Shown: positions 24,969 through 34,670, counted from the first letter of the stretch. The stretch is 64,000 nucleotides of DNA from Alphaproteobacteria bacterium (GCA_965232515.1 CBDDPY010000002.1:1600001-1664000), one strand, 5' to 3'. Notes: generated by a model from the letters alone, not told the origin. Translations and numbers: made by a program.

Positions 24969-27962
24969 ATGACGGCATCGAAATACGCTGCGATGATCGA
25001 TCGCAAGCAGGAGGTTATCGGTCTCGACATCACCAGCCTGCCGATCAGTCACGGCCGAACCTCGGTCATTGCGTCGGCCGAGCCGGCCCGGATCGTCCTC
25101 CACTGGTATAGCCACCGTGCAATCGGCGCGACCGCCGCCGGCTGGCATCAACACACAATCGAGCACCGCAGATATAGCCCTGGTCGGACGATACCGGAAA
25201 TGAACGACGCGCTCAGCCTGCCGTGGTCGCAACGCGTCGCCATGGCGGCAACGGACCAGCATCTTGTCGTTGTGTACAAACGACGGCGGGGGTCGCTGAC
25301 CGGATTGTTCCTCAGCCGCTTCGATTGGGACAGAGATCAGGAAGACCTTACGCAACGCGGCGATCCGGTCCCGCTGCCGACGCAGCCGCACGGCATCTCG
25401 GAGATCGGCTTCAGCCTCTGGGCGGGGTTCGACGAAATATCGAACAATGTCGTTGTCCTGACCCAGTCCTGGCGCGACCCGGGTCCGACGCTGGGGCTAA
25501 GGCTGCTTCGCGCATCGATCGACCACGTGCTCGCCACGCCGGACGACCCGGCCATTTGGACAGTCGACGATGTCGCCTCGGGCGGCTTCGACCTCGATGC
25601 CCGGTTGGATGCGGGCCAGCTGACATTCGTCTTTCGGCAACAGCCTTACACGATGACGGTTGTCGATCCCCGCCTTCGCTTCGACGGGGATGTCCATGAG
25701 CTGCGCCTGGATCAGGCCGAAAACCTGCGCATCAATCCGGCCCTGACGGTACGCACTATCGATACGACCACGTTGGACGTCCTGCAGGAACACAACGGCG
25801 TGCCCGGCGGCGCTCATCCGCAAATTCAGCGGCTGGACCCACTGTTCCTGACCTGCGACCGCGTCGACAGCGGGATTATCCGCGTGGCCGCCGAGCCAGG
25901 GGCGGGTGAGGACGAACCGCCCGCGTTCGCCCGCTTCGCTCATCTTATCGGTCAGAAGCAACTGCTGCGGCTGGCCGGCGAAGACTGGTTCTCGATCGAC
26001 CTGATGCCGATCGACTTCCGGGTTCATCCCCGCCATGTCCTCTACCACACGGCGCGGCCTCGCTCGGTCCGCCGCGAATCCGGACAATTCATCATGGCCG
26101 CCGAGGACGGTCGCCTGTCGACCGCCCTGCTTCACCCGTTGCTGCCGACGCATCTGGTTCACTTCGAACTGAATCGGGACAAGGGCACCGAGATCCTGGA
26201 TCTGATCCATCACGAGACCGAGATGTCGGCGGTTCTGCAGACCCGGTTCGAGCTGCGGCCGGACGTGGAAGAGCAAAGCCTGCGGCTGATCGATCGCACC
26301 TTCCGGGTGCTGGACATCAATCACGAACCAATCCCGGCCACCCGCGAGATCGCCTCGCAGGGCTTCGAAAACGAACAGTTTCGCCCCTTTGCCACGGCGC
26401 GGTTCAGGCTGCCACCCGGACCCGACGCCGCCGTGTCGCTCCCCAGGGACGCCTATCGGTTGGACAATACGCTGGGGGGTCTGCTGGCCGTCGACCCGCG
26501 CACGCCAGGCCTCGACCTCTACGCCTATACCGATCTGGGCGATGCCGGCGTCAGGGTGATCCATCTCGACGAGCCGCTGACCGAACCACCCACCGTGCCC
26601 TGGAACGAGAAAGAACTGCCGCCCGACGCGGTCACCGGGTCCGGCGCGCCGGCCGATCAGTGGGTGACGCTGACGCACCCCGAGGGCGAATGGTTGCCGG
26701 CAGGACTGCCGGGCTTCCTCTCGCCGCCAATGCTGTCGGACGGCAGGTGGCCGGCCGTCGATTGGACGTTGGGATCCCAGCTTGAAGCGATCGTCGACGC
26801 ACTGTTCGCGCTCTATTACGAATTTGACACTGTCGGCCAGACTGCCCAGCTTCGTATCGAGGAAAGCCTGACGTCGAGATTTGAAGAAGAAACGCCCACG
26901 GATGAGCCACTATGGCAGCTGATCTGGTCGCCATTCGACGCGATCCCGCCAAATCGGTTCGTTGCCGGGCTCGGCGGCAGCTTGCGCGTCGCAAAGTATC
27001 TGATGACGTACAACAGCGTCGTCGATCCCGACAATCCGCCGGTCCTGAGCGACGGCGACGGCGACGGTGACGGCGCGGGACTGGCGCAATTTCGCGATTC
27101 AATCGAGGTGTCCAATGTCGCCGCCTACGAAACGGACTTGCGCTTCCTCCGTGAACCGGGTGGCCAAGGCCGCATTGAATGCCGGACGAGGCTTGATTTT
27201 ACGATTACGCAGACGGTCCTCGCCCCCTTCCTCGCATCCATCGCCATTCTCGATTTCATCAAGATCAGCATGTATCAGCGCCGCATGTTCACGCCGGCAA
27301 TCCTGATGTCGGAGCGACGGGCGAGAAACAGACTTACGAACCGCCTGGACGATACGCCCTTCGAGATGACAAGGCGGCCGATGCTTACAGAAAACGGCGA
27401 TGTCATCTTCGAGACAATGGCGCCGGCGGCGCTTTCGGCGCGGCCGGTTGGGAGTACGCAAGTCGATCTTGAGGAGGTGGACGTGTCCGTGCAAATGCGG
27501 CCGTTCAACTGGGCGATCGTCAGCCTGGTCATAAGCGCGCTGCTGACACTTGGGCTGTTCGGGCTGGCGGCAATTCTGATCGCCTTCATCACCGGTGGCA
27601 TCTCGATCATCGTTTCGGGGATCGCACTACCGATCGCAATCGGCGCCGCCATTGCCTTATTCCTGACGACATATTTTTTAGCGGCGCCTGCCATCGCCGG
27701 CATCCTGACCCGCATCATAGAATCCGAGTTCGACTCGAACCGGGAACGGGTCGTCGACGCCTTGAACCGGGTGAACCTGCTGGGCTATGCCGGCGAAGGG
27801 ATCGGCGAAGCGATCGCCCGCATGGTCCTGCGGCATCCGGACGTCGACGTTCCGCTCGACGAGGAGCATCCGGCGATGGAAGGCCGCAACCGCTTTCGCA
27901 TGGACTTCTGGCAGACGATTTTTGTCGGCGACGGTTTCTGCCGGGTGCTGATCCGCAAATAG
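24969..27962 (+). CDS. Large hypothetical protein (997 aa), beta-rich with a C-terminal hydrophobic hairpin
   Basis: 3-kb open frame; ATG 24969 after GGAGG; no family motif recognised. Confidence 0.8.
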   Translation: MTASKYAAMIDRKQEVIGLDITSLPISHGRTSVIASAEPARIVLHWYSHRAIGATAAGWHQHTIEHRRYSPGRTIPEMNDALSLPWSQRVAMAATDQHLVVVYKRRRGSLTGLFLSRFDWDRDQEDLTQRGDPVPLPTQPHGISEIGFSLWAGFDEISNNVVVLTQSWRDPGPTLGLRLLRASIDHVLATPDDPAIWTVDDVASGGFDLDARLDAGQLTFVFRQQPYTMTVVDPRLRFDGDVHELRLDQAENLRINPALTVRTIDTTTLDVLQEHNGVPGGAHPQIQRLDPLFLTCDRVDSGIIRVAAEPGAGEDEPPAFARFAHLIGQKQLLRLAGEDWFSIDLMPIDFRVHPRHVLYHTARPRSVRRESGQFIMAAEDGRLSTALLHPLLPTHLVHFELNRDKGTEILDLIHHETEMSAVLQTRFELRPDVEEQSLRLIDRTFRVLDINHEPIPATREIASQGFENEQFRPFATARFRLPPGPDAAVSLPRDAYRLDNTLGGLLAVDPRTPGLDLYAYTDLGDAGVRVIHLDEPLTEPPTVPWNEKELPPDAVTGSGAPADQWVTLTHPEGEWLPAGLPGFLSPPMLSDGRWPAVDWTLGSQLEAIVDALFALYYEFDTVGQTAQLRIEESLTSRFEEETPTDEPLWQLIWSPFDAIPPNRFVAGLGGSLRVAKYLMTYNSVVDPDNPPVLSDGDGDGDGAGLAQFRDSIEVSNVAAYETDLRFLREPGGQGRIECRTRLDFTITQTVLAPFLASIAILDFIKISMYQRRMFTPAILMSERRARNRLTNRLDDTPFEMTRRPMLTENGDVIFETMAPAALSARPVGSTQVDLEEVDVSVQMRPFNWAIVSLVISALLTLGLFGLAAILIAFITGGISIIVSGIALPIAIGAAIALFLTTYFLAAPAIAGILTRIIESEFDSNRERVVDALNRVNLLGYAGEGIGEAIARMVLRHPDVDVPLDEEHPAMEGRNRFRMDFWQTIFVGDGFCRVLIRK

Positions 27963-28115
27963 CCGAACGACCCGGTCGGAAGGAGCGCGCGCGATCACGG
28001 CGTTGAGGCAGTGCGCGAGATAATCCCGGTGCGCATCGCCGTCGCTATCGCTCGTGTTGCGGACGCCGTCAACCGCGCGTTCGTCTCTCTAATTCCGAAC
28101 CAAGGAGCATGACGA

Positions 28116-28682
28116 ATGTCCGATCGTTTCCGGAATTTCTTTGTTCTGACCGGCGGCCCGGGCGCCGGCAAGACCAGCATCATCGAGGCGCTGGCCCGGG
28201 CCGGCTTCGCCCACGCGGCGGAAGCCGGCCGACAGATCATCCAGGATCAGGTGCGGGTATCGGGCCAGGCCCTGCCCTGGCGCGACCGCGCGCTCTATGC
28301 CGAGTTGATGCTGTCGTTCGACCTGCGTGCGCACGATATTGCAATGGCTGGGTCAGGTCCCGTCCTCTTCGACCGTGGCGTTCCGGACGTGATCGGCTAT
28401 CTGCGTCTCGAAGGTCTGCCGGTTCCGGAACACATGACCGTGGCCGCCGCGCGGCTACGCTACAACCGTCATGTCTTCATCTGCCCGCCCTGGCCGGAAA
28501 TCTACCGGCAAGACAACGAGCGCCGGCAGACCGAGGACATCGCCGCGTCGACCTATCAAGCGATGGCGGACATCTACGCGGAGCTAGGCTACGACCTGAT
28601 CGACGTGCCGAAAGCGCCTGTGGACGCGCGCATGGCCTTCGTCCGAAACGAGATCGCCCGCCTGTCGGACGAAGAAAACTGA
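28116..28682 (+). CDS. AAA_28 (NadR/Ttd14-like) P-loop ATPase
   Basis: LTGGPGAGKTS, FDRG.PD and PPWPEIY.QD.ER.Q. Confidence 0.9.
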   Translation: MSDRFRNFFVLTGGPGAGKTSIIEALARAGFAHAAEAGRQIIQDQVRVSGQALPWRDRALYAELMLSFDLRAHDIAMAGSGPVLFDRGVPDVIGYLRLEGLPVPEHMTVAAARLRYNRHVFICPPWPEIYRQDNERRQTEDIAASTYQAMADIYAELGYDLIDVPKAPVDARMAFVRNEIARLSDEEN

Positions 28683-28691
28683 TCGGTGGAA

Positions 28692-29894
28692 TTATCCTTG
28701 GGCGTCGCGCGCCTGAACGATCAGCTCGATCAGGCGTGAGAACTCGCGTCTGAGGATGAACCGGTCGTTCCTGCAGAATTCCGGGTCGGCCTCCGGTTGG
28801 CGAAGACATTGCAGCGCCACGCGTTCGACTGCCGCGTCCAGACCGATGTTCTCGGCTCTCGTCAGCCGCCTGGTGCGCTTCCAGAATTCGGTCGTGTCAG
28901 CCTGATGAACGATGACCGTTCGCCAAGCCGGAACGACAAACACGGCCTGGCGGCCAAAGCCGGCGGCCCAGAAAGTGCCTGGCGGCAGACCGGTATCGGC
29001 GTCGGGAATCCACCAGAGATAGCCGTGGCCGCTGCGCAGACCCTTATCGCCCGTCGGCGTGTGATCGGCGACGACGCGGTCAACCCAGCCGTCGGGAAGC
29101 ACCTGCTGTCCCTGAAAGCTGCCGTTCGACAGATAGAGATCGCCGAAGCGGGCGAGATCCCGCGCCGACATCTTGAACATGGCGGCGCGATGGCGGGAGA
29201 CCCTGGGTCGCCGGCTGTAGGAGACCGACCACGTCGAAAAATCCTGCATGCCGATCCGGTCGGCGATGCCGGCCTCAAAGGCTTCCGCGACCGACAGGCC
29301 GGTCCTGGCCTCGAAGATCGTGGTCAGAGCGTTGTAGTCCCAGTTGTTGTAGGCCCAGATCGTGCCCGGCCGGTTTTCGCCCTGGCCAAGCCGCCGGTTC
29401 TTTTCCACGGCCATCGCGGCCTCGGCCGCGGCCGGATGGTTGATGCCCGACACGCTCTTGATCAGATGCAGCACCGTGGCCTCGCGCTGCAACGGCGTCA
29501 GGGGCATCGGCGCGTCGTCGATGTCGAGATCGGCAAGCGTCGCGTCGAGATCGATCTGCCTGGCGCCCGGCCCGACATGCTGCCCGACGACCGCGCTGAG
29601 CAACGCCTTGCGAACCGAATGGACGCTGCGCCGTTTCGTCACATCGCCCATGCTGCGCACGATCTTGCCATCGGTGACGATGATCAGGGCATCGGTGCCA
29701 AGCGATCGCGCGTGCTCCGTGACCGTGTCGAGTCCGGCCGGATTCCAGCCGAAGTCGCGGGCCTGCGCGGCGCTCAACGTCGTCGGAGCCGGATCTTCGG
29801 CATTGACGCCTGCGCAGGCAGCACAGATCGTCGCCACAAATATGACGAACAGAAAATGCAGACCGCTTGCCAAAGCTGATGAGCGCGACGCCAT
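28692..29894 (-). CDS. Beta-lactamase-family serine hydrolase (probable lipoprotein)
   Basis: SVRK (SxxK), YNN, SARDLARFG.L and WAAGFG.Q; N-terminal hydrophobic stretch ending AACAG. Confidence 0.88.
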   Translation of the reverse strand: MASRSSALASGLHFLFVIFVATICAACAGVNAEDPAPTTLSAAQARDFGWNPAGLDTVTEHARSLGTDALIIVTDGKIVRSMGDVTKRRSVHSVRKALLSAVVGQHVGPGARQIDLDATLADLDIDDAPMPLTPLQREATVLHLIKSVSGINHPAAAEAAMAVEKNRRLGQGENRPGTIWAYNNWDYNALTTIFEARTGLSVAEAFEAGIADRIGMQDFSTWSVSYSRRPRVSRHRAAMFKMSARDLARFGDLYLSNGSFQGQQVLPDGWVDRVVADHTPTGDKGLRSGHGYLWWIPDADTGLPPGTFWAAGFGRQAVFVVPAWRTVIVHQADTTEFWKRTRRLTRAENIGLDAAVERVALQCLRQPEADPEFCRNDRFILRREFSRLIELIVQARDAQG

Positions 29895-29936
29895 CCCTGT
29901 GCTCGGTACCAAACAGCGACCCGATATCGCCGACCG

Positions 29937-30425
29937 TCAGGCGGCGGCGCTGTCGGCCTTGCGGATGGTGGGCAGGCAGCGCACGGGGAAGTTCATCGAG
30001 TTGGCGATAAAGCATTCGGCGTGCGCGCGCTCGTGCAGCTGTTCGGCGCGGGCGGCGTCGCTGTCGGCCGAGACGGTGACGACGGGGCGCAGCGTCACTT
30101 CGGTCATACGGCCATTGCGCGGTTCCTCCACCATCACGCCTTCGGCCGCGTCTTCATAGGCCTCGACGACCACGCCCTTCACCGTGCAGAGGTGCAGATA
30201 CCAGAGCATGTGGCAGCCGGAGAGCGCGGCGACCAGCATCTCCTCCGGGTTGTGCCGGCTGGCATCGCCCATGAAGTTCGGGTCCGACGAGCCGATAATG
30301 GCCGGCTTGCCCGGGATCTCGAACCGGTGCTCGCGCGAATAGCCCTCATAATCGCGGGTCGGGCCCTGCGCCGCGCCGGTCCATTGCGTCGTTACCGCGT
30401 ATCGATGTTCTTTCGCTTGCGCCAT
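29937..30425 (-). CDS. OsmC/Ohr family protein
   Basis: NPEE.LVAALSGCHMLWYL and AH.ECFIANS. Confidence 0.93.
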   Translation of the reverse strand: MAQAKEHRYAVTTQWTGAAQGPTRDYEGYSREHRFEIPGKPAIIGSSDPNFMGDASRHNPEEMLVAALSGCHMLWYLHLCTVKGVVVEAYEDAAEGVMVEEPRNGRMTEVTLRPVVTVSADSDAARAEQLHERAHAECFIANSMNFPVRCLPTIRKADSAAA

Positions 30426-30434
30426 CTCGATTCC

Positions 30435-31361
30435 TCAGTGTGTCGCCGCATCGCCGGCGTCGTGCCGCGCATCGACGGGCGTACCGTGCCAGCCCGCCTC
30501 GCGCTTGGTCCAGTAGAGCTTGTCGAGCCGCGTGGTCAGCGGTCCCGGCGCGCCGTCGCCGATGCGCTGGCCGTCGACGGTGGTAACCGGCATGACGCCG
30601 CCGGCCGAGCTCGACAGAAACACCTCGTCCGATCCGGCGAGCGAGTCCGCGGGCAGCGTCGTCAGCCGGCAATCGACGTTGGTTTCGGCGCAGAGCTCGA
30701 ACACTGTCTTGCGCGTCATGCCGTCGAGCACGCCGCCGGCCGGCGTCTCCAATCGGCCGTCCTTGACCCGGAAGATATTGAAGCCCGGTCCTTCGGTCAG
30801 ATTGCCGTCGCGGTCGACCAGCACCACGGTCTCGCCGCCGCGGTCGTAGGCCTGGAACAGCCCCATCTCGAAGTCGAGCCAGTGATAGTGCTTGACGGTC
30901 GGATCGACGCTTTCCGGCGGTACCCGGCAGATATCGCTGACCACCAGGTGCAGGCCGCGCGCCCGCGCCTCCGGCGTGGCGATCGACATGTAGGGAATGC
31001 AGAAGGCGTAGTAGCGGTTCTCGCAGGCGCGCGGGTCGCGCACGCCGACGGGTGGGCGGCCGCGCGTGCCGATCATCTGCACATAGGCGTCCGGGCGATC
31101 CAGGCGGCGGGCCATCTCCATCAGGATCGCACGCTGCTCATCGCGGCCGTAAGGGCAGGTCATGCGCAGCTTGTCGAGATTGCGCTGGAAGCGGTCGAGA
31201 TGATCTTCCAGACGGAAGAACATGCCCTTCCAGACCGTCACCGTGTCCTGGTTCGCGTCCGAGCGCAGAAAGCCCCAGTCCAGCAGGGGGATCCGCGCCT
31301 CCGCCACCGGGCAATAGTCATCGTCGATGAAGGCGACACCGTCGCCGAACGGATTCGTCAT
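30435..31361 (-). CDS. Fold-type IV PLP aminotransferase, (R)-amine transaminase-like
   Basis: IPLLDWGFLRSD, FFRLEDHLDRF, DPTVKHYHW.D, EGPGFNIF and LDGMTR. Confidence 0.85.
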   Translation of the reverse strand: MTNPFGDGVAFIDDDYCPVAEARIPLLDWGFLRSDANQDTVTVWKGMFFRLEDHLDRFQRNLDKLRMTCPYGRDEQRAILMEMARRLDRPDAYVQMIGTRGRPPVGVRDPRACENRYYAFCIPYMSIATPEARARGLHLVVSDICRVPPESVDPTVKHYHWLDFEMGLFQAYDRGGETVVLVDRDGNLTEGPGFNIFRVKDGRLETPAGGVLDGMTRKTVFELCAETNVDCRLTTLPADSLAGSDEVFLSSSAGGVMPVTTVDGQRIGDGAPGPLTTRLDKLYWTKREAGWHGTPVDARHDAGDAATH

Positions 31362-31433
31362 GGCGCCTCTCCCGCAGGTCCGTCGACGACAGTAGACGCC
31401 CGGCCCCGTGACAGGCAACCTGGCCGTGGAGGC

Positions 31434-31658
31434 CTATTCGGCGGCTTCGCGCGCCTGCTTCTGACGCAGGTAATACTCCGTGTAGACGATGTCCCGCATG
31501 GAGTGGACGTCGCAGCAGCCCTCGTTCTCCATGTAGAGGATCTTGTTGCCGAGATAGGGGAACGGCGACTGGCCCTCGGCCGGGAAGCAGCGGTCGACCC
31601 GGATCGCCCGGCAGGCGCCGTCGAGGACGAAGGACGGTGTCAGCTGCTGACGGCCAGA
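31434..31658 (-). pseudogene. 3' remnant of an acylneuraminate cytidylyltransferase (NeuA-like) gene
   Basis: RQQLTPSFVLDGA...GNKILYM....CDVHSMRDIVYTEYYL resembles the NeuA C-terminus RQ.L...Y..NGA...DID...D...AE; 5' part missing. Confidence 0.6.
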
Positions 31659-31850
31659 TATCATCCCGGTGAAAAGCGAAGCGACCCGTTCGGCTTTGCG
31701 GGCGACGGCGGTGTCGTGACCCTGCCGGCCGGCCTGGCGAGCGAGTTTTGTTCGCGCATCCGGCCTGCCGGCTGCACTACGTGGTCGGCGATCTGTCGAC
31801 GACCTTGCTGACCTGCCGTTGGCTGCGGCCGGAGACCGCAGCCATTCGCC
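31659..31850 (+). pseudogene. Frameshifted 3' remnant of a paralog of the adjacent sialyltransferase-like gene
   Basis: YHPGEKRSDPFGFAGDGGVVTLPAGLASEF, frameshift, then FAHPACRLHYVVGDLSTTLLTCRWLRPETAAI; this aligns with HHPGERQSDPFGFRDDRDIVVLPRGLATEFLFVHPSCRIRCVISGLSTTLLTARWLRPQTTAI of 31971..33152. Confidence 0.85.
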
Positions 31851-31970
31851 ATCGACGCCGATCCCGATCGCCGACATTGGCAGTAACGGCACGAACCAGG
31901 CTTTAACCCATACAACCTAGGCTGTATCCGGCCGTTCCAAGTCATCCACCACGACTGTCGAGATCTCCCG

Positions 31971-33152
31971 ATGTCCCGAGCGAGCTTGCCACATCGCGGC
32001 GTCGATGCGCCGGCCGGCCACGCGTTGTTTACGGTAGGCACGACCTATCACACGTTCCTGGCCTGTGGCCTGGCGACGGCATTGCCGAGGTCGATCCGTC
32101 GTCACCTGATCATCCATCTCGATTTCGACGACGGCATGGCCATCGTCGAAACGCTACGGACCATGGCCACCCCTCTGTTCGACGAGATTGCCGTTCTGCC
32201 GCGCAGCGAAGGCATCCCTGCGCCGCGCTGGCGGTTTCTGGTGGCGGCGAACATTCTGCGGACGGCATGGCTCGCGGCGCGTCGACGCTACGATCGGGTC
32301 TATGTCTTCAACGAGGACCGGCCGGTTCACCAAGCGGCCGCCTATTGGGTAAAGCGCCGAAACCCGAACGCCATCGCCTATTGCGGCGAGGACGGCACCA
32401 GCGACTACGGCGCGTGCCCCATGTGGGATCACCGCCGGTTCACGGACCGGGTGTCCAGGCGATTGCTCTACGGCTGGTGGTATCGCAATGTCAGGTGGCG
32501 CTGCACCGTGCCCTGGGTCGACCGTCACCTGCTGACGCATCCCGAACATCTGCACAATCCGGCGCACGGCAAGCCGATTGAACGCATGCCGTCGTCGCAT
32601 TTTCGAGGCCGGGCAATGGCGGATCTGGCCGCGGCATACGCCGCACGGCGCGGCCTGAGCATTCAAGATTTGGAACGGCTCGACGGCATCATCTTCCTGT
32701 CCAAATCCCAGAAGGTCGACGATAAGGACGCCTACGTCGGCGACGTGCGCCTGGTGTTGCAACGGGCGCGGGCCGACGGCCTGCGGATTGCCGTGAAGCA
32801 CCATCCCGGCGAGCGTCAATCCGATCCCTTCGGCTTTCGCGACGACCGCGATATCGTCGTGCTGCCGCGCGGCCTGGCGACCGAGTTTCTGTTCGTGCAC
32901 CCCTCGTGCCGAATTCGCTGCGTGATCAGCGGCTTGTCGACAACGCTGCTGACGGCGCGGTGGCTGCGGCCACAAACGACGGCGATCAGCGTGACGTCGC
33001 TTGTCGGCCGGCACGATCAACAGATCCTCGATATGCTCAGCGCCATGGGCGTGCGCAGGGTCGCAGGCATGACCGACGCGCCGCCGCTCCTGCAGGCCGA
33101 TCAGCATATCCGTCATTCCGATTACGTGGCGCCCGCGCGATCGCAAATTTGA
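31971..33152 (+). CDS. Bacterial sialyltransferase/polysialyltransferase-like glycosyltransferase
   Basis: T.YH near the N-terminus, GEDG ((D/E)(D/E)G motif), KHHP (HP motif) and STTL (S(S/T) motif). Confidence 0.7.
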   Translation: MSRASLPHRGVDAPAGHALFTVGTTYHTFLACGLATALPRSIRRHLIIHLDFDDGMAIVETLRTMATPLFDEIAVLPRSEGIPAPRWRFLVAANILRTAWLAARRRYDRVYVFNEDRPVHQAAAYWVKRRNPNAIAYCGEDGTSDYGACPMWDHRRFTDRVSRRLLYGWWYRNVRWRCTVPWVDRHLLTHPEHLHNPAHGKPIERMPSSHFRGRAMADLAAAYAARRGLSIQDLERLDGIIFLSKSQKVDDKDAYVGDVRLVLQRARADGLRIAVKHHPGERQSDPFGFRDDRDIVVLPRGLATEFLFVHPSCRIRCVISGLSTTLLTARWLRPQTTAISVTSLVGRHDQQILDMLSAMGVRRVAGMTDAPPLLQADQHIRHSDYVAPARSQI

Positions 33153-33239
33153 TAAGACAGCTATATGTCACTGCGCTAATATTCGGTATCAATCGAATCG
33201 TCGATCAGATCTGACGATTTCGCCCGTGGGCGGCTCGAC

Positions 33240-33902
33240 ATGGGGGATGCGATCGCCGACATCGTGACAGCCGAGTTGAGCCGGATTTTTCTGGCCGGAT
33301 ACTTCTCGTTCGTGGCCGTGTTCTACACGCTGCGCATTCTGATCGTGACCAACAAGGGCCGCCGGTCACCGGTGTTTTCGGGCACGCCCGGCAGCGCCCA
33401 GTTCCTGACCCATATGACCTTCCGCGTGATGCGGGTCCTGATCCTGGCCGTCTGCGTGGCCCGACTGTTCGCGCCCGACATCGATCGCTATCTCGGCGTG
33501 ATACAGCCGCTGTGGCGGGCGGAGATCCTGTTGACCGGCGTGGCGCTGATGACCATCGGCTTCGCTTGCATCATCTATCTCAACAATTATATGGGCAGCG
33601 CCTGGCGCTCTGGCACGCGAGACGACGACACCACGAAACTGATTACGACGGGACCGTTCGCGATTTCACGCCATCCCATGATGCTTTGCGTACAGGCGGC
33701 ACAGTTGGGCTTCTTCCTCGCCCTGCCCTCACTGTTCACGCTTGCCTGCCTGCTGATCGGCGTCACGGCCATCCAGATCCAGGTCCGCATCGAAGAGCGG
33801 ATGCTCGCCCGCCGGCATGGCGCGATCTATGCAGACTACTGCGCGCGGACGCCACGGTGGCCGTTCGGCCGAAGTCTGCGTTCGATCTGGGTCCGGGCCT
33901 GA
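33240..33902 (+). CDS. Isoprenylcysteine carboxyl methyltransferase (ICMT/PEMT) family membrane protein
   Basis: MG.AWR.G, LITTGPFAISRHPM and EE..L...G..Y..Y..RTPRW. Confidence 0.88.
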   Translation: MGDAIADIVTAELSRIFLAGYFSFVAVFYTLRILIVTNKGRRSPVFSGTPGSAQFLTHMTFRVMRVLILAVCVARLFAPDIDRYLGVIQPLWRAEILLTGVALMTIGFACIIYLNNYMGSAWRSGTRDDDTTKLITTGPFAISRHPMMLCVQAAQLGFFLALPSLFTLACLLIGVTAIQIQVRIEERMLARRHGAIYADYCARTPRWPFGRSLRSIWVRA

Positions 33903-33923
33903 CGGGCAAGCGGCACGCGCCGC

Positions 33924-34670
33924 CTAGACATCCGGCGTATAGAAGCGACTCGACTCCTCGAAACTGATGATTGGCGCGCGGATCGCACCGTCCGGCAACG
34001 CCTGCCCGCGCAGCGGATCGAGCGCCCTTATGTCGTAGGCCGCCTGCCCTTCGTCCAGGCCGGAGACGATGATGTCGAAGGTCGCGGCGCGGGCGCCGCG
34101 GGGCACGAACCAGTGAATGTTGTCGCGGTCGGGACTGATCGTCGACACGTCGCCGACCTCGATCGTCGCATCGACAGACGGGCGGATGACGATGGCGTCG
34201 GCTTCGTCCCGCACCCGGTCATAGTTGCGCACCCGGAACGCGCCCTCGACCACCAGATGGGCAGAGACCATGTGGCGGTGGGCGTGTGGTGTGATGACAT
34301 TGTCGGGCGTGAAGCCGAACCAGGCGGCGGCATAGCGCAGCTTTCGGCGCGCTCCGGCCTCGTCGCGAAAGTGGATGGTGCGCTTCAGCGGATAGGTCGG
34401 AAGCGCGCGGCCGACATGACGGATCTCGGCGCCGTCGATCTCGGCCAGCAGTTGCGGCAGGTCGACCTCCGACGTCAGTCGAGCGACGTCGGCGCGCCAT
34501 GCGGACGGCGACATCTCGCCGTTCGCCAGCGCCCGCGCGATCTCGTCCTGCGCCGCGATCCAGCGAGCCGACGGCCGATCGGCCGCGGCCCGGGCGGCGC
34601 CGAACTCGGCCAGCAGCACGTAGGCCGGAAACGCGGTCAGGACCTGTCCGATGAATTGGCGGCGATGCAT
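33924..34670 (-). CDS. Tat-exported cupin-fold protein (cysteine dioxygenase-like)
   Basis: MHRRQFI Tat-like signal; PHAHRHMVSAH and DNIHWF metal-binding His pattern. Confidence 0.7.
   Translation of the reverse strand: MHRRQFIGQVLTAFPAYVLLAEFGAARAAADRPSARWIAAQDEIARALANGEMSPSAWRADVARLTSEVDLPQLLAEIDGAEIRHVGRALPTYPLKRTIHFRDEAGARRKLRYAAAWFGFTPDNVITPHAHRHMVSAHLVVEGAFRVRNYDRVRDEADAIVIRPSVDATIEVGDVSTISPDRDNIHWFVPRGARAATFDIIVSGLDEGQAAYDIRALDPLRGQALPDGAIRAPIISFEESSRFYTPDV

Noticed and set aside
31434-31892. 152-aa minus-strand ORF as a complete gene
   Set aside because: Chimeric: only the last ~75 codons are NeuA-like, and the rest is antisense to the transferase remnant
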